The notes under the pieces: model-generated | Seen by the model: the letters and a program-made list of their open reading frames with translations, nothing else | Told to the model about the DNA's origin: nothing | The model's database searches: none | Assembly (NCBI RefSeq): GCF_964355755.1 | Contig: NC_092677.1 | Coordinates: 12,236,101-12,300,100 of the forward strand | Origin: Antedon mediterranea | Lineage: Eukaryota; Animalia; Echinodermata | Direction of reading: 5' to 3' | Length of the DNA stretch: 64,000 nt | Made by a program: the position numbers and the translations under genes | Part shown: positions 50,205 to 64,000 of the stretch, one piece after another | How positions within the stretch are numbered: position 1 is the stretch's first letter | Layout: every line of letters begins with the position of its first letter

Positions 50205-53200
50205 TTAATTATGACACATGTTACGTAATAATGTGTCATTCAGGTAAAACGGTGTTGAAATCAAGATTTCAGTGCTTGTCGCATCTATTATATAAAATTT
50301 ATCGTTTTTGAAAACGTAACCGGTTGTTGAAGGATTTCCATTATTTGTATTAATGATGCTGATTGCATCAATTCCAGATTGTAAATCTTCGGGAAAACTT
50401 GGAAACGTGGTGGTAATCGATGATACAGAGAGTAGGGAAGCACCCGAGTACTTGTATACTTGGTTTCCTGTAAAAAACACAAAATGTGCCAGTGATGAGT
50501 GAGTTTTATTTCTAAATTACAATGATGCCGACTATATGGGCAGCTATTAGGGTCATAATAATACAAATTTTAAACAAAGAAGGTCAATGTTTATCTTCCT
50601 CTGTAGTTTTTTTTATTATTATTATTTTAATTATTACCCTAATGGACTCCCATATAGCCGACTGATTCAAATTCAAAGTGACCTCAAAGTCAAGGCGCAT
50701 GTGCAAAATAATCTATATAATAGGCCATTCTCAATTGAAGTGAATGCTGCATTGTCAGGTACATAATAAATAATATTCCGTTTATTGTATCTCTTAATAT
50801 TAATTACTTGAATTTTCAACAGGTCCATGATTTGTTTGAACGAATTTAAAAAAAAAGAAATATATAAATGATAGTTACTATTATCCTTCCTACCTTTGAA
50901 GAAATAGTAAAGCCCATTGGCAACAAAAGCTGCCTTAATATTACACGGAGAAGAGCTTTGAAGTGCTGGCCAAAACCGTGCCAAGTCATCTTGAAACTCA
51001 TAACGTAAATTATTGTACCGATAAAATGTGCAGTCCTAAAATTGAGAAAGTAACAATTTAAAGAAACACTCTCACGTCACTAGTTATAATATGATAAATA
51101 ATGAAAATGGTGGTAATTAACGCTGTTGGTGAAATAGTTTTAATACAAATAAAAGACAGGAAGTCAATAATATTTAAATTGAAGAAAGAGCCTTAGTTAG
51201 TTTGCCTGTTCAGTTTAGATGCGGGAAAAAAGTGTCTTTTTACCTTAATAAAGTATGTTCGGGAATCAATAGGAAATGCCGTATCTATATTATCTGGTAA
51301 TGTCGGGTAAAGGTCTCGAATGAGTCTGGGTGTTTCAGAGTTTGTATTTAGTTCGTAAACATATTCACCTAAAATATAAATAAATAGTTACCTACAGTCT
51401 TAGCGAATTGTGATGAGAATATAAATACGTAGGCCTATTGTATATACGTACAGCATCGATAACTCAGGGGAATAGAAAAGTACTCATGCATGGAGTACAG
51501 TAAAACATTACCAAGCGTGGAACTTTTCATCACAAAAGGGTATTTTACGCATATTTATTATCACCGTTTCAAATAAACATCTTCCTTTAACATCAAATAA
51601 ATTAGAAAACAAGGAGGCAAGAGGCAGATGTGCGAGACGACGATCAATCTTTAATTGGGCCAGCCTAAACAAACAACAGAGAGTATTATATAGTCTAAAG
51701 GCGTTTACGTTCAAGCTGAATGGAATTTTTCTTTTTTTCATATATAATATACTTCGTAAGTTATTACAGCACCAATGTTTCTATAACTAATATACCTTTA
51801 AATCCGTATGTTGTATGTGGTGTACTAACTACGGCATCGAAGCGGCCTGAACATCCGGGAAGGACAGGTGATGATGGACGTGTCTCCATGCGTGTAGTTG
51901 TTGTAGGACGTGTCTCCGGGCGTATAGTTGTTGGGGGACGTGTTTCCAGGCGTGTCGTTGTTGGGGGACGTGTTTCCGGGCGTGTCGTTTTTTGTGGACG
52001 TCTTTCTGATTGAGTCGTTGCTGGATGAGTTGTTGTTGCTACCTTATCTTTAGATAACAAATTAAAAAAGTTAAACGGGTGGTTTTTATTTTTGTTTTTG
52101 ATGAGATTATACTTTTGTATCAAGAAGTTAATATGTTGTATTGATTTGATTATGTATAGAATATATTCTATGTGATATTTGTTGGGACATCATAGCCTAC
52201 CTCCATAAAGATGACGAATTCCTGCAATATCATCAGTTCCTAACTGGAAATTTGGATCATAACCATTGTAATATGGATACATCAACGCATTAATGTCATC
52301 TGAATGGTATAGTCCAAGAGAATGACCAAACTCATGAGCAGCAACAATGAACAAGTTAATTCCTAAAAAGTAATAATGATATTTAGTTTTATCATCTGTA
52401 TTTATGGTAGCATTTTTATGTCTTTTTTTGTCTTATCTCTGAAAAAGGTAACCGCTCATAGCCTGACAATGTGGAAAATAGGACAAGGAAATCGGCGAAG
52501 GTGAAACAGACACGAATATCTTCCGATTTAAAAAAAGCGGTTTAATGACCAGGCGTATTTTCAAAGCTTGTCTTACTTAAAGTAATATTATATATGCATT
52601 GGAAGCATATTACTTTTTTTTTTTTTTCTCTTTTGTGGCGTTAACCACTATTTATTCATTTCATTTCATCAACAGATTAATACAATTATTTCTAATAATA
52701 ATAATAACTATTCATTGTTATTCTTACTTTTGTTTGGTTTGGTGTATTTATATATATATATATATATTTTTTATTTTTATTTTATCAACGTTACTGTTCT
52801 TGGAATCAGAGCATTATTTCTTTTACTTACTGTAATGTATCGGACAATTGTCTCAGAATGTACAACTCTTTTTTTAATGAATTGAAACATTTTAAGATTG
52901 AAAATTGAAAATATGCCTAAGTCACAAAAAGATTAAACTAAGGATAAAAAAACTCACCAAAATTAGAGAAAACAGTCCAGCTTTCGTCATCATCAAAATG
53001 TGCGTCTCCGTCTTGTGGCAAAAACGCATGCGCAAGAACCCCACCACTGCCATCAAAGTCAATATTGTCTCCGTGATCTCGTGACCCAAACAGAATTCTT
53101 AAATCGGCATCTTCTGTAGATCCTACTTGCTGGAACGTTAGCGAGCTTACGTCTGCCCAAACCTAAACATTATGAACAATTATAAAATTATAGAGTTTAG

Positions 53201-54245
53201 TATAAAAAAAAATCATTTGTAGTAGGCATTGGTCATTTCACATTCTCACTACCAACTAGCCAACTACCAATTTTCACTCGGCATCTGCCCTCTGTTTGAT
53301 GCACAGAAATATCCTGCTAATTTACTAGATTACGGTGGTGTATAGATACTCCAAGACTATAAAGATATTCAATTTAGTAATCAAGCCTACCTCGAATGCA
53401 CTTTCAATTGCTTGGTCAATCTGGGCCCGACTCAAGTCATCAGTATAAGAGTCGATACGGTAAGTGAGGTGTCTCTTCTGCCAACCGTTTGAAGTGGTTG
53501 AGAATGACAAGAAATCAGTTTCTCCACATCTTGGCGCATTAATTACAGCAAGAGTTTCACTGCTTACTTCACCTATAAATGATTCCATGACACAAAAACG
53601 TACAATATTAAATCTATAGACTACCTATGTGTACAATGTTTAACATTTTAGGTAGTTTCACTTAGACTTAAATCAATTAATATACAATTTGTAATGATAA
53701 TATAATTGCATAGGCCTAATAAGAATACGAATCATTTTGACAATGAATAAACAATTGAGAGGTTACTAAGAGATGATTATGACGTCATATGCGACAAAAA
53801 TATTGTTAAGTTTTAGTCTAACCTGTGACCGGTATGTTAGCAAATCGTTGTAATGCTTCTATGGCGCTAGATATAATTGTATTGCTAAGCATATCTCCAT
53901 CATTTTGATTCAAATATCCGTACTTATCGAGATAATCCTGAAATAACAAAGGAGAGAACAATTAAAGTATTGATGGACACAGACATAATGTGGATCAGAC
54001 CTAACGTTTGAGACAAAGGCATAGTTATCGAAAAAAATTAACCAAACTATAGGCTTAGGAACAATTAAACGTGCAAAAGTACAAATTAACAATTAAGTGT
54101 TGAAGAGTAATATTCAATCAATGTTAAAGTTTAAAAAGTATCGGCTTACCATAACTTTATTGTCAATTGGAAAAGATTGTGAAGTCCATACTTGTACGCC
54201 AAGATGGAAGTGGAGGAGAACCATAAAACCTCGTGCTAGCATCAT
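50205..54245 (-). CDS. Matrix metalloproteinase paralog B (M10A, about 513 aa, all metal ligands intact)
   Basis: 9 in-frame exons: 54150-54245, 53823-53937, 53391-53572, 52958-53162, 52201-52362, 51796-52047, 51244-51368, 50894-51035, 50205-50467. Contains [36 protein letters not shown] and ALMYP. Confidence 0.95.
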
Positions 54246-55413
54246 GTTTGTATTTCTGAAATTGTCGGTTATCATTTCCCTTGTTTATATATGTTTGATT
54301 ACGCGTAACTAACCTATATACGGGCCTTCAAGTGGAACAAATATCTTTAAGTCTACATTATTAATGTTCGGTGATCATTTCTTATTGATTTTAGATATTT
54401 ATTTAGTACCGGTGTTCATTTTGATCCTCCTTAATCTTCAATTTCAACAGGCTTAAAACTGTTATTTCGTGGAGTTAACATAAATAATTAATAACTGTCA
54501 CTATTCCGTGCTTAAAAGGAAGGTAAACTCCCAAGCTTGACCTTGCATTAAGGATTAATTGAACTTACATCTTGTTTACCCGTGACCAACGTTTTAAACT
54601 TGGTTCCCACTACGGCGAAAGGCAAGGACGCAAGCGCAACACAAGTGAGTTTGATTAAATGACAAGCAACATTTTAAATATTTCATCGCTTGTGATTGGT
54701 CAACTTACTTGAGTTGTACTTACGTCATTGCGTTGTTGCGTACTAGCAGGAACCAAGTTCAGGCATCAGTTACTGCAGTTATCTTACGAATACGAATTCA
54801 TTATAACCATCATATTATTGAAGTATGTACAGTGTACAAAGAAATGATAAAATGGGGTATCAAGAAACCAGGAACGTCTGTTCGAAAGAGACCCCAGATA
54901 ACAAGTCAACTAGGCCTCCAACCTTAATACCTGTTAGGGTGATGACGTAGGCAGGAAGCTTAGGCCTATCATCTATCTACATTGAATGTATTGTAAACAT
55001 GCTCGTCGCTATCAAATGTGGAATACCCGAGTTGGTATCTTCACAAGTTCGGCACTTTTCTAACATATGCTTTTTCTTTAATGATTGAACATAATATAGC
55101 TTACATATGTAATTTTCATTTACAAAATGTTACGCAGACGTTTAATCAATATTTCTTACAAACTAGGCCTATGCCTACATCACGTATTTTAGAATTACCT
55201 AATAAAAGATTTACCAAATATAGTACATTCATTCAAATTCGGTTCTATGGAGATTTACAACCTCTGAAACCTAATGATAGATTGAAACGACACTTTACAT
55301 ATTATTATACATATGATACAGATGCTGGTAAAATGAAAGTCTTACTGACAATTATTAAAACTTGGTGAACTGTATCCTTAAAAATTAACTTTAGGCCTAG
55401 GTTACAGTATATT

Positions 55414-58400
55414 TCAGTTTTGACAAGTGTTACGCAATAGCGTGTCTTTAAAATAAAATGGCTTTTTCAATTAGAATTTCATGAGTGTTTGCGTCTATTA
55501 TATAAGATTTATCATTTTTAAAAACAAAACCGGTTGATGACGGTTGTCCTTGAACACTGAGCACGTTGAGTGCTGAAATATCCGATTGTAAATCTTCGGA
55601 AAAACTCGGAAACATTTCACTAATTGTTGATACGGTATTTAGAGTAATACCTCTGTATTTATATACTTGATTTCCTATTGATAAAAAATAAAAATTATGT
55701 TTAAAGACGAACTCTGACATTTTGAACAATGATGATTTAAATATCTCCACTTAAAGACAATTTTCCACTAGGCGAATTTGTTCGCGCAAATCGAAAGCGT
55801 CAGCTTATACGCATGCGTAGAGAGGGATTTGGAAGATGGAAACATGAATACGCATGCGTATTAGCTGATGCTTTCGATTCGTTCTTACAAATTCGCCAAG
55901 TGGAAAATTGGCTTTCCTTGTCTAAACTATCTATTGTGCTTACCTTTAAAGAAATAGTAATACCCGTCATTTGTTGCCATAGCTGCATCAACATTACACA
56001 CACCAGGAGAACTTTCAAGTTCCCGCCAAAATCTTGTCAAGGGTGATTGAAACTCAAACTGCCGGTTTTGGTACCGATAAAATGTGCAACCATAAAAGCA
56101 AGAAAAGAAGGATTCCTTTATTAAGTAGTAAAATAGAAGAACGAAAGGATAATAATACTTGATCGCGTCAACTTTGTGAAAGCCTGTATTCCAGCAAATA
56201 TCGTAGGCTAGCCTACTTATATCTACAAGTAAAATACACGAACACAATGCAAACCAGTCACAGTGTGTGATGTTTAAATATATTACATTATTCTCTTTGG
56301 TAGAAAATGCCGTTACCTTTATAAAGTAAATTCGGGAACCAATAGGAAGTGCCGCATCTATATTGTTTGGTAATAAAGGAAAAATATCCCGGATGCGTCT
56401 TGGTGTTCCAGGGTTTGTGTTAAGTTCATAAACGTGTTCACCTAAAAATAAAAAATGAAAATTTAATATTTACATTTCTTAGATTAATTGAAACCTGAAT
56501 AGAAATATGAATAACCAATCAATGTTTTGCAAGTTTTGTCTAATTATCTGTACAATTGGACTACTACTGCTGTGCAGAACTACCTACATCTGAATCCATA
56601 CATTGCTTGTGTTGCTGTACTAAATACAGCGTCGAATTGATCTGGACAACCTGGGAGGATTGTTGTTGTTGGCGGTGGACGTGTTTCTGCGCGCGTCATT
56701 GTTAGTGGACGTGTTTCTGCGCGCGTCGTTGTTGGTGGACGTGTTTCAGGTTGCGTCGTGGTTGGTGGACTTGTTTGTCTTGAGGGTCGTGTAGAAGGTC
56801 TTGGTGGACGGGTAGCAGGTCTTGGTGGACGGGTAGCAGGTCTTGGTGGACGGGTAGCAGGTCTTGCAGGTTCCCGTGTAGCAGGTCTTGGTGGGATTGT
56901 TGATTCAGCTGTCCTACCTTTGAAATAAAAGGGCAGTATAAATTTATGTAAGAATTTTAGACTTTACGAGTCAATGTTAAAATTAATATTTAGTATTGGT
57001 AATTATAGTAGCGTTAATGAAGATTGTTTCCATGTTATTTAATTACTGTACCGTTTGATTAGAAATAAATTATATTTTGGCTTATTCCTACCTCCATAAA
57101 GATTACGAATTCCTGCAATATCATCAGTTCCTAATTCAAAATTTGGATCATAACCATTGTAAAATGGATACATCAACACATTCCTGTTATCTGAATGGAA
57201 TAGTCCAAGAGAATGACCAAACTCATGAGCAGCAACAATGAACAAATTGATTCCTAAATATAAAACGTATTTGTATTAGTTAATAATGTATTGGTACTTT
57301 ATTTATTGTTTACTCGTCTTTTGGTAGTAATTTGATTTTCAGTTGACATTCGTAATATACCTCATTTTTACTTTCATTGAGAGATAACCATAAAAATGTA
57401 ACGGTTATTTTTGTGTTTATGCTAAGTTCAACCTACTTAACTTAACTTGCTTAACTGGTTATAACTTACTGAACTGGTTATAACTTACTGAACTTGTTAT
57501 AACTTAATAATAATATACAACTTACCGAAATTAGAGAAAACAGTCCAGTTCTCGTCGTCATCAAAATGCGCATCTCCTCTTCTAGGCAAAAACGCATGCG
57601 CAAGAACTCCGCCACTACCATCGAAGTCAATATTATCTCCATGATCTCGTGACCCAAACAAAATCTTCAAATCGGCATCTTCTGTACGCCCTACACGCTC
57701 GAATGTTAGAGAGCTTACCTCAGCCCAAACCTAAGCATGGGAATATAAATATTCGTGTTGTTATTAATGTAACCAGAAATCCTTCTTTTCTGTGATCATT
57801 CATAACAATTTGTTATGCACTCTTCATTTGCTCTGGTCATGTGTAACCTAAAAACATTATAACTCTGGTGTTTAAATAAGAAATGCAGTGTCCAATCTGC
57901 CATTTTATGGCGCAGATAATGTGGCGGCTAAACCTGCCCATAATGCATCTGAAATTGTTTGTCCAATCTGGGCCTCACTTAAGTCTTGAGTATAAGAGTC
58001 GATACGGTACTTGAGGTGTCTCTTTTGCCAACCGTTCGAAGTTGTTGAGAATGGCAAGAAATCGGCTACTCCACACCTTGGTGTGTTAACCAGTGCAAGC
58101 GTTTCACTGTTTACTTCACCTATATCATAAAAAAACAGTCGTAATCATGTGTTTGCTGTTTTACTAATGTAATCCAACAGGCCAAAAAAACTATGTTTAA
58201 TAATAATGATTTAATAGGGAGCTTTCGATTTTCGACGACGACGTCCAAGAAACAAGTTTGATCACGTTAAATTATTGTGCGCATGCGGAGAAGTGCTTTC
58301 TCACTCGATTCCTCAATACAGTCTTATTATGACGATCGACGACACATCAATATGTAGGTTCTAATTTGAGTTACAAAACTCTAAAACCCTATTAAGTCTA

Positions 58401-59153
58401 CGAGGAAAGAGACAGACAGTGACATACCTGTAACAGCTATGTTAGCAAATCGTTGTAGTGATTCTAAGGCACTGGTGACGTTTTCATTGCTACGAATATC
58501 ACCAGCATTTCTGTCAAGGTATCCATACTTTTGAAGATACGCCTGAAATTAAGTTATAAAAGTACAGTAACTGCAGTAACTGACAGCAAAGCCAAACTAT
58601 ATAGACTTCCCAATAAACAAATTTGATGGATGGAACTTCAGTGTAAAATAGGCTTGAAGCTACGTTTACCATGATCTCGGATTGTGAACGTTCTCAAAGT
58701 TGCATTTACACTTGTTCTATTTCACGAAACGGCGCCTTGCTGTTAAATAATGACAAATCATACAGAATTGAACGGAGCAGTTTTCCATCTGAATATAGCT
58801 TTACTCTGTTCAAATGCTCAATTCAAGTTTATTTATTCGCAATATTAATATACCAATTGCGATAAATGGTTTTAAAAATGAAATAGATATTGAAGAATAA
58901 TTGTTTTAAATAGTTTAAAAACTTTAGACCAAATTACGTTTCCGTAACGTTGATACATTAAAAATAGTTAAAACTGATTATTTCTATAATTGTCTTTTAA
59001 GTTTAGCTAGTAAATGAAAATGAATGTAGCCAGGTCTTACCGTCACTTCAAAATTGTCAAATGGAATTGGCTCCTGGGCTGCCCATCTTGTACACCAAGG
59101 TGCAGCAAAAAGACCAGACTTACTCCTACAACTTGAGCTACCGTCATCGTCAT
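55414..59153 (-). pseudogene. Matrix metalloproteinase paralog C, probable young pseudogene or non-canonically spliced copy
   Basis: The same 9 exons are present (59041-59153, 58428-58542, 57938-58119, 57526-57730, 57092-57253, 56588-56917, 56317-56441, 55944-56091, 55414-55674) with intact PRCGVAD and [11 protein letters not shown]. Lesions: a -1 frameshift in exon 1, a GC donor after exon 3, AG>AT at the exon 8 acceptor, and a +1 frameshift in exon 9. Confidence 0.75.
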
Positions 59154-60253
59154 GTTTATGTCTCAGACAAACTAATGTTAAATATCAGACCCACAAACTG
59201 TCTTATATACGATTGATACCGCATTCCTGACCCATTTCACTATAATACAATTCAGAGGAAATCTTATTGTTTCATTGAGGTTGATTCTAAAAATAAAAGG
59301 AATGATTGTATTTTGGTAAATTTAAACAATACTGACGTTTACCTTCGTGTTCGTGTATAAGATATTTACGGATGATAGGTGATAATTTGTTTGGCTAAAA
59401 ATAGAGCCTAAGTTGACTTTCACTTACCGAGAACCAACGCCCCCTAAGCACTCACTATAACTCAGACAATAATTACGTTAAACTTATTCATAAACAATAT
59501 AGTTAAGCCATCCTAAGTAACACTTTCTAATCGTTTGATTGGGTCTAATAATAGTGTCTGTCATTGTGTTAAGGCGGGTGTTAAGGATTTAAATTCGTTA
59601 GATTGACAAGTTCAGATCTTTTCAGTTTTTCGTTTTAATCATCAACGTACTTCAGCAACCGACTTAACTTTGGTGTCTTGTTGAGTATAAGGTAAATGAT
59701 TCAGAGAATCATTATGTTAAAAGTTTAATTAAAGAAGAAGTTGTTTAAAGCTCGGCTTGAGTTGTTACAAACCAATTCAAGTCCTAAAAAACCTAAAGCT
59801 CTGTCTACACTATCAAACTTTATGTAATGTGCCCATATATGGACATGATGATGTCATATCACTACCATATTTAAGCATATCACTACCATATATGGGTACA
59901 TCACACTTTTTTGTCACATAACGTTTGATAGTCTAGAGCTTTAAACATAGTAAAATATATATTATCTAGCCACTGGATAGTAAAGTAAATTTAGAATTGA
60001 TTGCTTTGTGCTTCTTCAAAATTTAATTTTGTGTTCTTTTTCAAGATATACACGTCTGGAGAATCATTTATTTTTATATATTTACATCTCAAATTATGAG
60101 TGTACGTTACATTAAACGATGTAAGCATTTCCAAATTATTTTGGACAAATATGAATTTTAACTTTTAACATTTATTTTTTTTGAATCTGTATGTGAATTT
60201 TAACTTTGCCTGAATGTCATTTTGTATAATTATTTTTAAGAGGGTCTCTTTAA

Positions 60254-60797
60254 AGATGTATTGTCCCTTTGAATAATTCCAACAACAAATTTTTTTTTTA
60301 ATTTCGAAAAAAAGTGGGTCATTTTGAAGTATCATAATAGTTATTAACTTTCACCAAAAATTAGTCCAAAAAAAATAATTTAACCGAAATACAGATGTTT
60401 TTGTGTTCAAAAAATAACTTTGACTTCCAGTCAAAGTTTTCAATCAAAACATATCCCACAATGCAATGCGCTTGTTTGGCTACTCTGTATGCATAATCAT
60501 AGAACTTCCTCGCGATCTGTGTGAAAACACCTTCTCAACCGTGATGAGTTGTAAACAATCCTAATTAGCATCATGCATAATGCATACTCATGGTTTGAAA
60601 TCTTTGTTACTTTCGCTTGCGACGATTTCTCAGACGAAATGTTATCTAATTAATTTACCTGTTAATTACGTAAACTGTTGTTTTTTGGCTCGAATTTTCG
60701 ACTTAAAGTGAATAACTTTAATATTACTTTGATATGGCCAATTTAAAATTAGAATATTTTTTTTTTCATTTTTTGTGTTTCAAGGGACAATACATCT
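60254..60797. mobile_element. TTAA-flanked MITE, same termini as 42489-42833
   Basis: AGATGTATTGTCCC...GGGACAATACATCT with TTAA on both sides. Confidence 0.8.
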
Positions 60798-61099
60798 TTA
60801 AGTCAGCTCTGCTGCTGTAGTACAGTTGTTAGAGCTACCCCTGTGTTGAAAGTTGAATAAATAAAGTAAGAATACTGTAGGTTTATCTTGAAACTATGGG
60901 CCTAATTAAAACCGTTAAAAACGTTAACATTTCTATTCTCTCTTTGAGCACGTGATTTTCTATATTGTTTTCCTAGAATGGACGAAATTTCAAATGTGTC
61001 ATGCACATAGTATAACTGCTCCTCATGTTTTTTTTAAATAGACACATACGATTGAATGATACGTAATATAATCTCAAGATATATTAATTATTAGTTTCA

Positions 61100-64000
61100 T
61101 TTCAAACATCTATACTGACTAAGCTTAATAGTGAACTATAATATCTCCATGGTTTAATAGCAACTTTAGATTTGATGGAATTGTTGAAACAGTAGGAGAG
61201 GATCCACAAAAACTTGTACAGAATCTGTTAGAACGTGAACTTAATCTGGACAATATATCTATCGAAAATGCCCACAGAGTAGGCAAGATAAGAACAGGAA
61301 AAGACAACGGTACTAAGACAAGACACATCATTGTGAAGTTTATTTACAGGCCGCAAAGATCTACTGTGATTCGCAAGGCTAGAAACCATTTTATGTTATG
61401 GATGATCTACCGGCCGCAGATATCCAGAGGAAATATGAACTAAAGGATATAATGTCTAAAGCCTTCGACGAAGGTAAACGCCCATCGTTCAGAAATGGAA
61501 AACTTTATATTAACGGGGAAACCTCACATTAAGTGATTGCACATTATCATTCTTATGCTGTGACTGATTGATTGAATGTAACGAGTATGTTACGTTTCAA
61601 TGATATGATAATGTTACGTTTTTTCGAAGTTTGTTGCAGAAATATCTTATTATTTATATTCATAACATACTGTGCATCGTGATCGTTCATTATTTATAGG
61701 AGCTAGTTGGAGTAAACTAACTCAATGCAAGAATTTATTGTAAAATGGCTATTTTTATTATATGTAATTATTATCTTCCTTTCTATTTTATTTTTTTTAT
61801 TATCTTATGATTATCTTTCTCGACGTATAATTATAAAAGCGCAATTAATAACTTTTATACATTCCATTGGTAACCGAAATCATATAAAACAACCTAATGG
61901 TGGATAATTATTTGTCTGTACTACCTTTTTATTAGGTAGATTTTGTAGATGTATTTAATGCTTCATTTACACCCTCTGAAATGTATGATATGAATTTTAA
62001 CCCATTAAGAATAGATGATGAATTTAAATTTGACCAACAATCCGATATGTTAATTAACCACCTCAATTCCAGATCATCTACTCTTGACCATTGCAAATAT
62101 TTCGACATTGACCAATTTAATAAACTTACAGAAACACTAAATAGCACTAATAATTTATCTCTTTTTCATCTTAATGTTAGAAGTGTTTCTAATAAGTTTG
62201 ATAAATTGAATGATATTTTTCATTGTATCAATCTCAAATTCTCTGTCATTGGTCTTTCCGAGACTTGGTTAAATGACCGAAAAGTATACCCATTTCTAGA
62301 TGACTATACTTTCTTATGTAGCAATCGACTTGGCAATAAAGTAGTTGGTGGTGTCGGCATTTTAGTTAATAACTTAATAAGAAATGATCTAGTATTACCT
62401 AATGAAATATGCGATTCCCTCTTTATAGAAATTGTTCATAAAAACAAACAAAAATCTATAATTGGCGTTATTTATAAATCACCTGAGTCAAATATTGAAA
62501 ATTTCTCTAAATTAATAAATGAACTGCTTTCCAATATAAGCTCTGAAAATAAATTCTGAAATATAATGGGTGACTTTAATATTGACTTTATTAAATTTCA
62601 TAATAAAGATCTAATTAATAATTATCTTAACGTTATCTTATCTAACTCCTTTTTCCCTACTATTTCCATACCAACAAGAATTACAAAACATAGCGCAACC
62701 CTTATTGATCATTTTTATTCAAATCATATTAATTCTGAAATCGTTTCTGGTATTATAATTTCAGATATTTCCGATCATTTAGCAATTTTTGAAATAATTG
62801 ATTATGATTTACAAACCAACACTAATACTATTGATTATTCATATTTTATTCGTGATTTAAATTCATTTAGTTCTGATCTCTTAGAAACTGATTGGTCCCA
62901 TGTATATGATTGTAATACTAAATCCTCTTTTGATACATTTATTGAAATATTTTCTTCTGTTCATCAAAACCACATAGTCACCAAAGAAAAACCCATGCAG
63001 AAAAAGAAATGCAAACAGCCATGGATGTCACCCACTCTTCTTAAGTGTAGTAAGCGTAAACATAAACTTTATAAACAATTCATTAAATCTCGAAACATTC
63101 ATGATAAAAGAACATACAAAAAATATAATAACTTGTTTACTGCTCTTTGTCGAACAGCCAAAAAAAAATATTATGAAGAAAAATTTAATCAAGTTAAAAC
63201 TAACATTAAGAAGGTATGGGAAGTGATAAATTCAGTGATAAATCCTGGTAAAAAAATCCAATAAACGACCGAAAGTTTTGAAAATCGGAGATGAATACGT
63301 TTATGACACAAATTCTATTTGTAACTATTTTAATGATTATTTTTCAGAAATAGGTAAAATATCAAGTAACTCCATACCCGACAATAACATTGATCTGCTT
63401 AAATATTTACCACCTCCATCCCCAAATTCATTCTTCATAAACCCTGTAACAGAATCTGAAGTATTAAATATAATTTACAACCTTGATTCCAATAAAGGAT
63501 CAGGACATGATTATCTAACACCATCAGTTCTTAAAAAAGTAATTCCTTTTATTCTAAACCCCCTAACGCATGCTATTAATTTATCCTTCACCACAGAAAT
63601 TGTATCAAATCACCTAAAATTAGCCAAAGTTATTCCTGTTTTCAAAACTGGTGATACTAACTTACTTAAAAATTACAGACCCATTTCTATTCTTCCTGTT
63701 TCACAAAAATAATAGAAAAGCTAATGCATACTCGCCTTTACACATATCTTATTGAATATAATTTATTAAATAACCACCAATATGGATTTCGTACAAATCA
63801 TTCCACTAGTCATGCTATTCTTGAACTTATAAATTATGTTAATATTGCGTTTGAAAATAAACAATTTTTATAAAGCACTTTTCTTGATTTATCTAAGGCT
63901 TTTGATGTTGTGAACCATGATATTTTACTTTCAAAACTGTTTTGTTATGGTATTAGAGGTGTTTAATTTTCTTGGTTTCAATCTTATCTTAGCAATCGCA
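61100..64000 (+). mobile_element. Degenerate non-LTR retrotransposon (CR1/L2-group LINE): ORF1 remnant plus ORF2 with APE endonuclease and RT, truncated by the window end
   Basis: ORF1-like ...ISIENAHRVG...IIVKF... at about 61150-61530. ORF2 motifs: HLNVRS, LSETWL, GDFN, PTRIT...[35 protein letters not shown]. In-frame stops or frameshifts occur near 62557, 63262 and 63710. Confidence 0.9.

Noticed and set aside
39091-59153. Assigning vertebrate MMP symbols or calling these a hatching enzyme
   Set aside because: Orthology cannot be established without a phylogeny.

Overview
AT-rich animal genomic DNA with spliceosomal introns. It is probably from an invertebrate deuterostome such as an echinoderm, which is an inference from gene style only. 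All host genes lie on the minus strand. (1) 38399 down to 1207: a mosaic extracellular protein gene of at least 33 exons, hand-spliced into one open frame of about 2080 aa. Its domain order is signal peptide, 3 C-type lectin (CTL), a Tie-like Ig-Ig-EGF block, EGF, FN3, CTL, FA58C, 2 CTL, FN3, FA58C, 2 EGF, FA58C, EGF, kringle, and it probably continues left of the window. (2) 39091-59153: three tandem 9-exon matrix metalloproteinase (M10A) paralogs. MMP-A has an intact frame but has lost most structural Zn/Ca ligands, MMP-B is canonical, and MMP-C carries four lesions. (3) Between MMP-A and MMP-B, a 5-kb unit bounded by TIRs and a TSD carries copied MMP promoter and exon-1 fragments. (4) Many non-autonomous transposons (Helitron, Helentron/HINE-like, Mutator/foldback-like, hAT-like, Harbinger-like, Kolobok-like, tRNA-SINE), several of them nested. 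(5) A degenerate CR1-group LINE at the right end. All coordinates were read by hand and no database searches were run.
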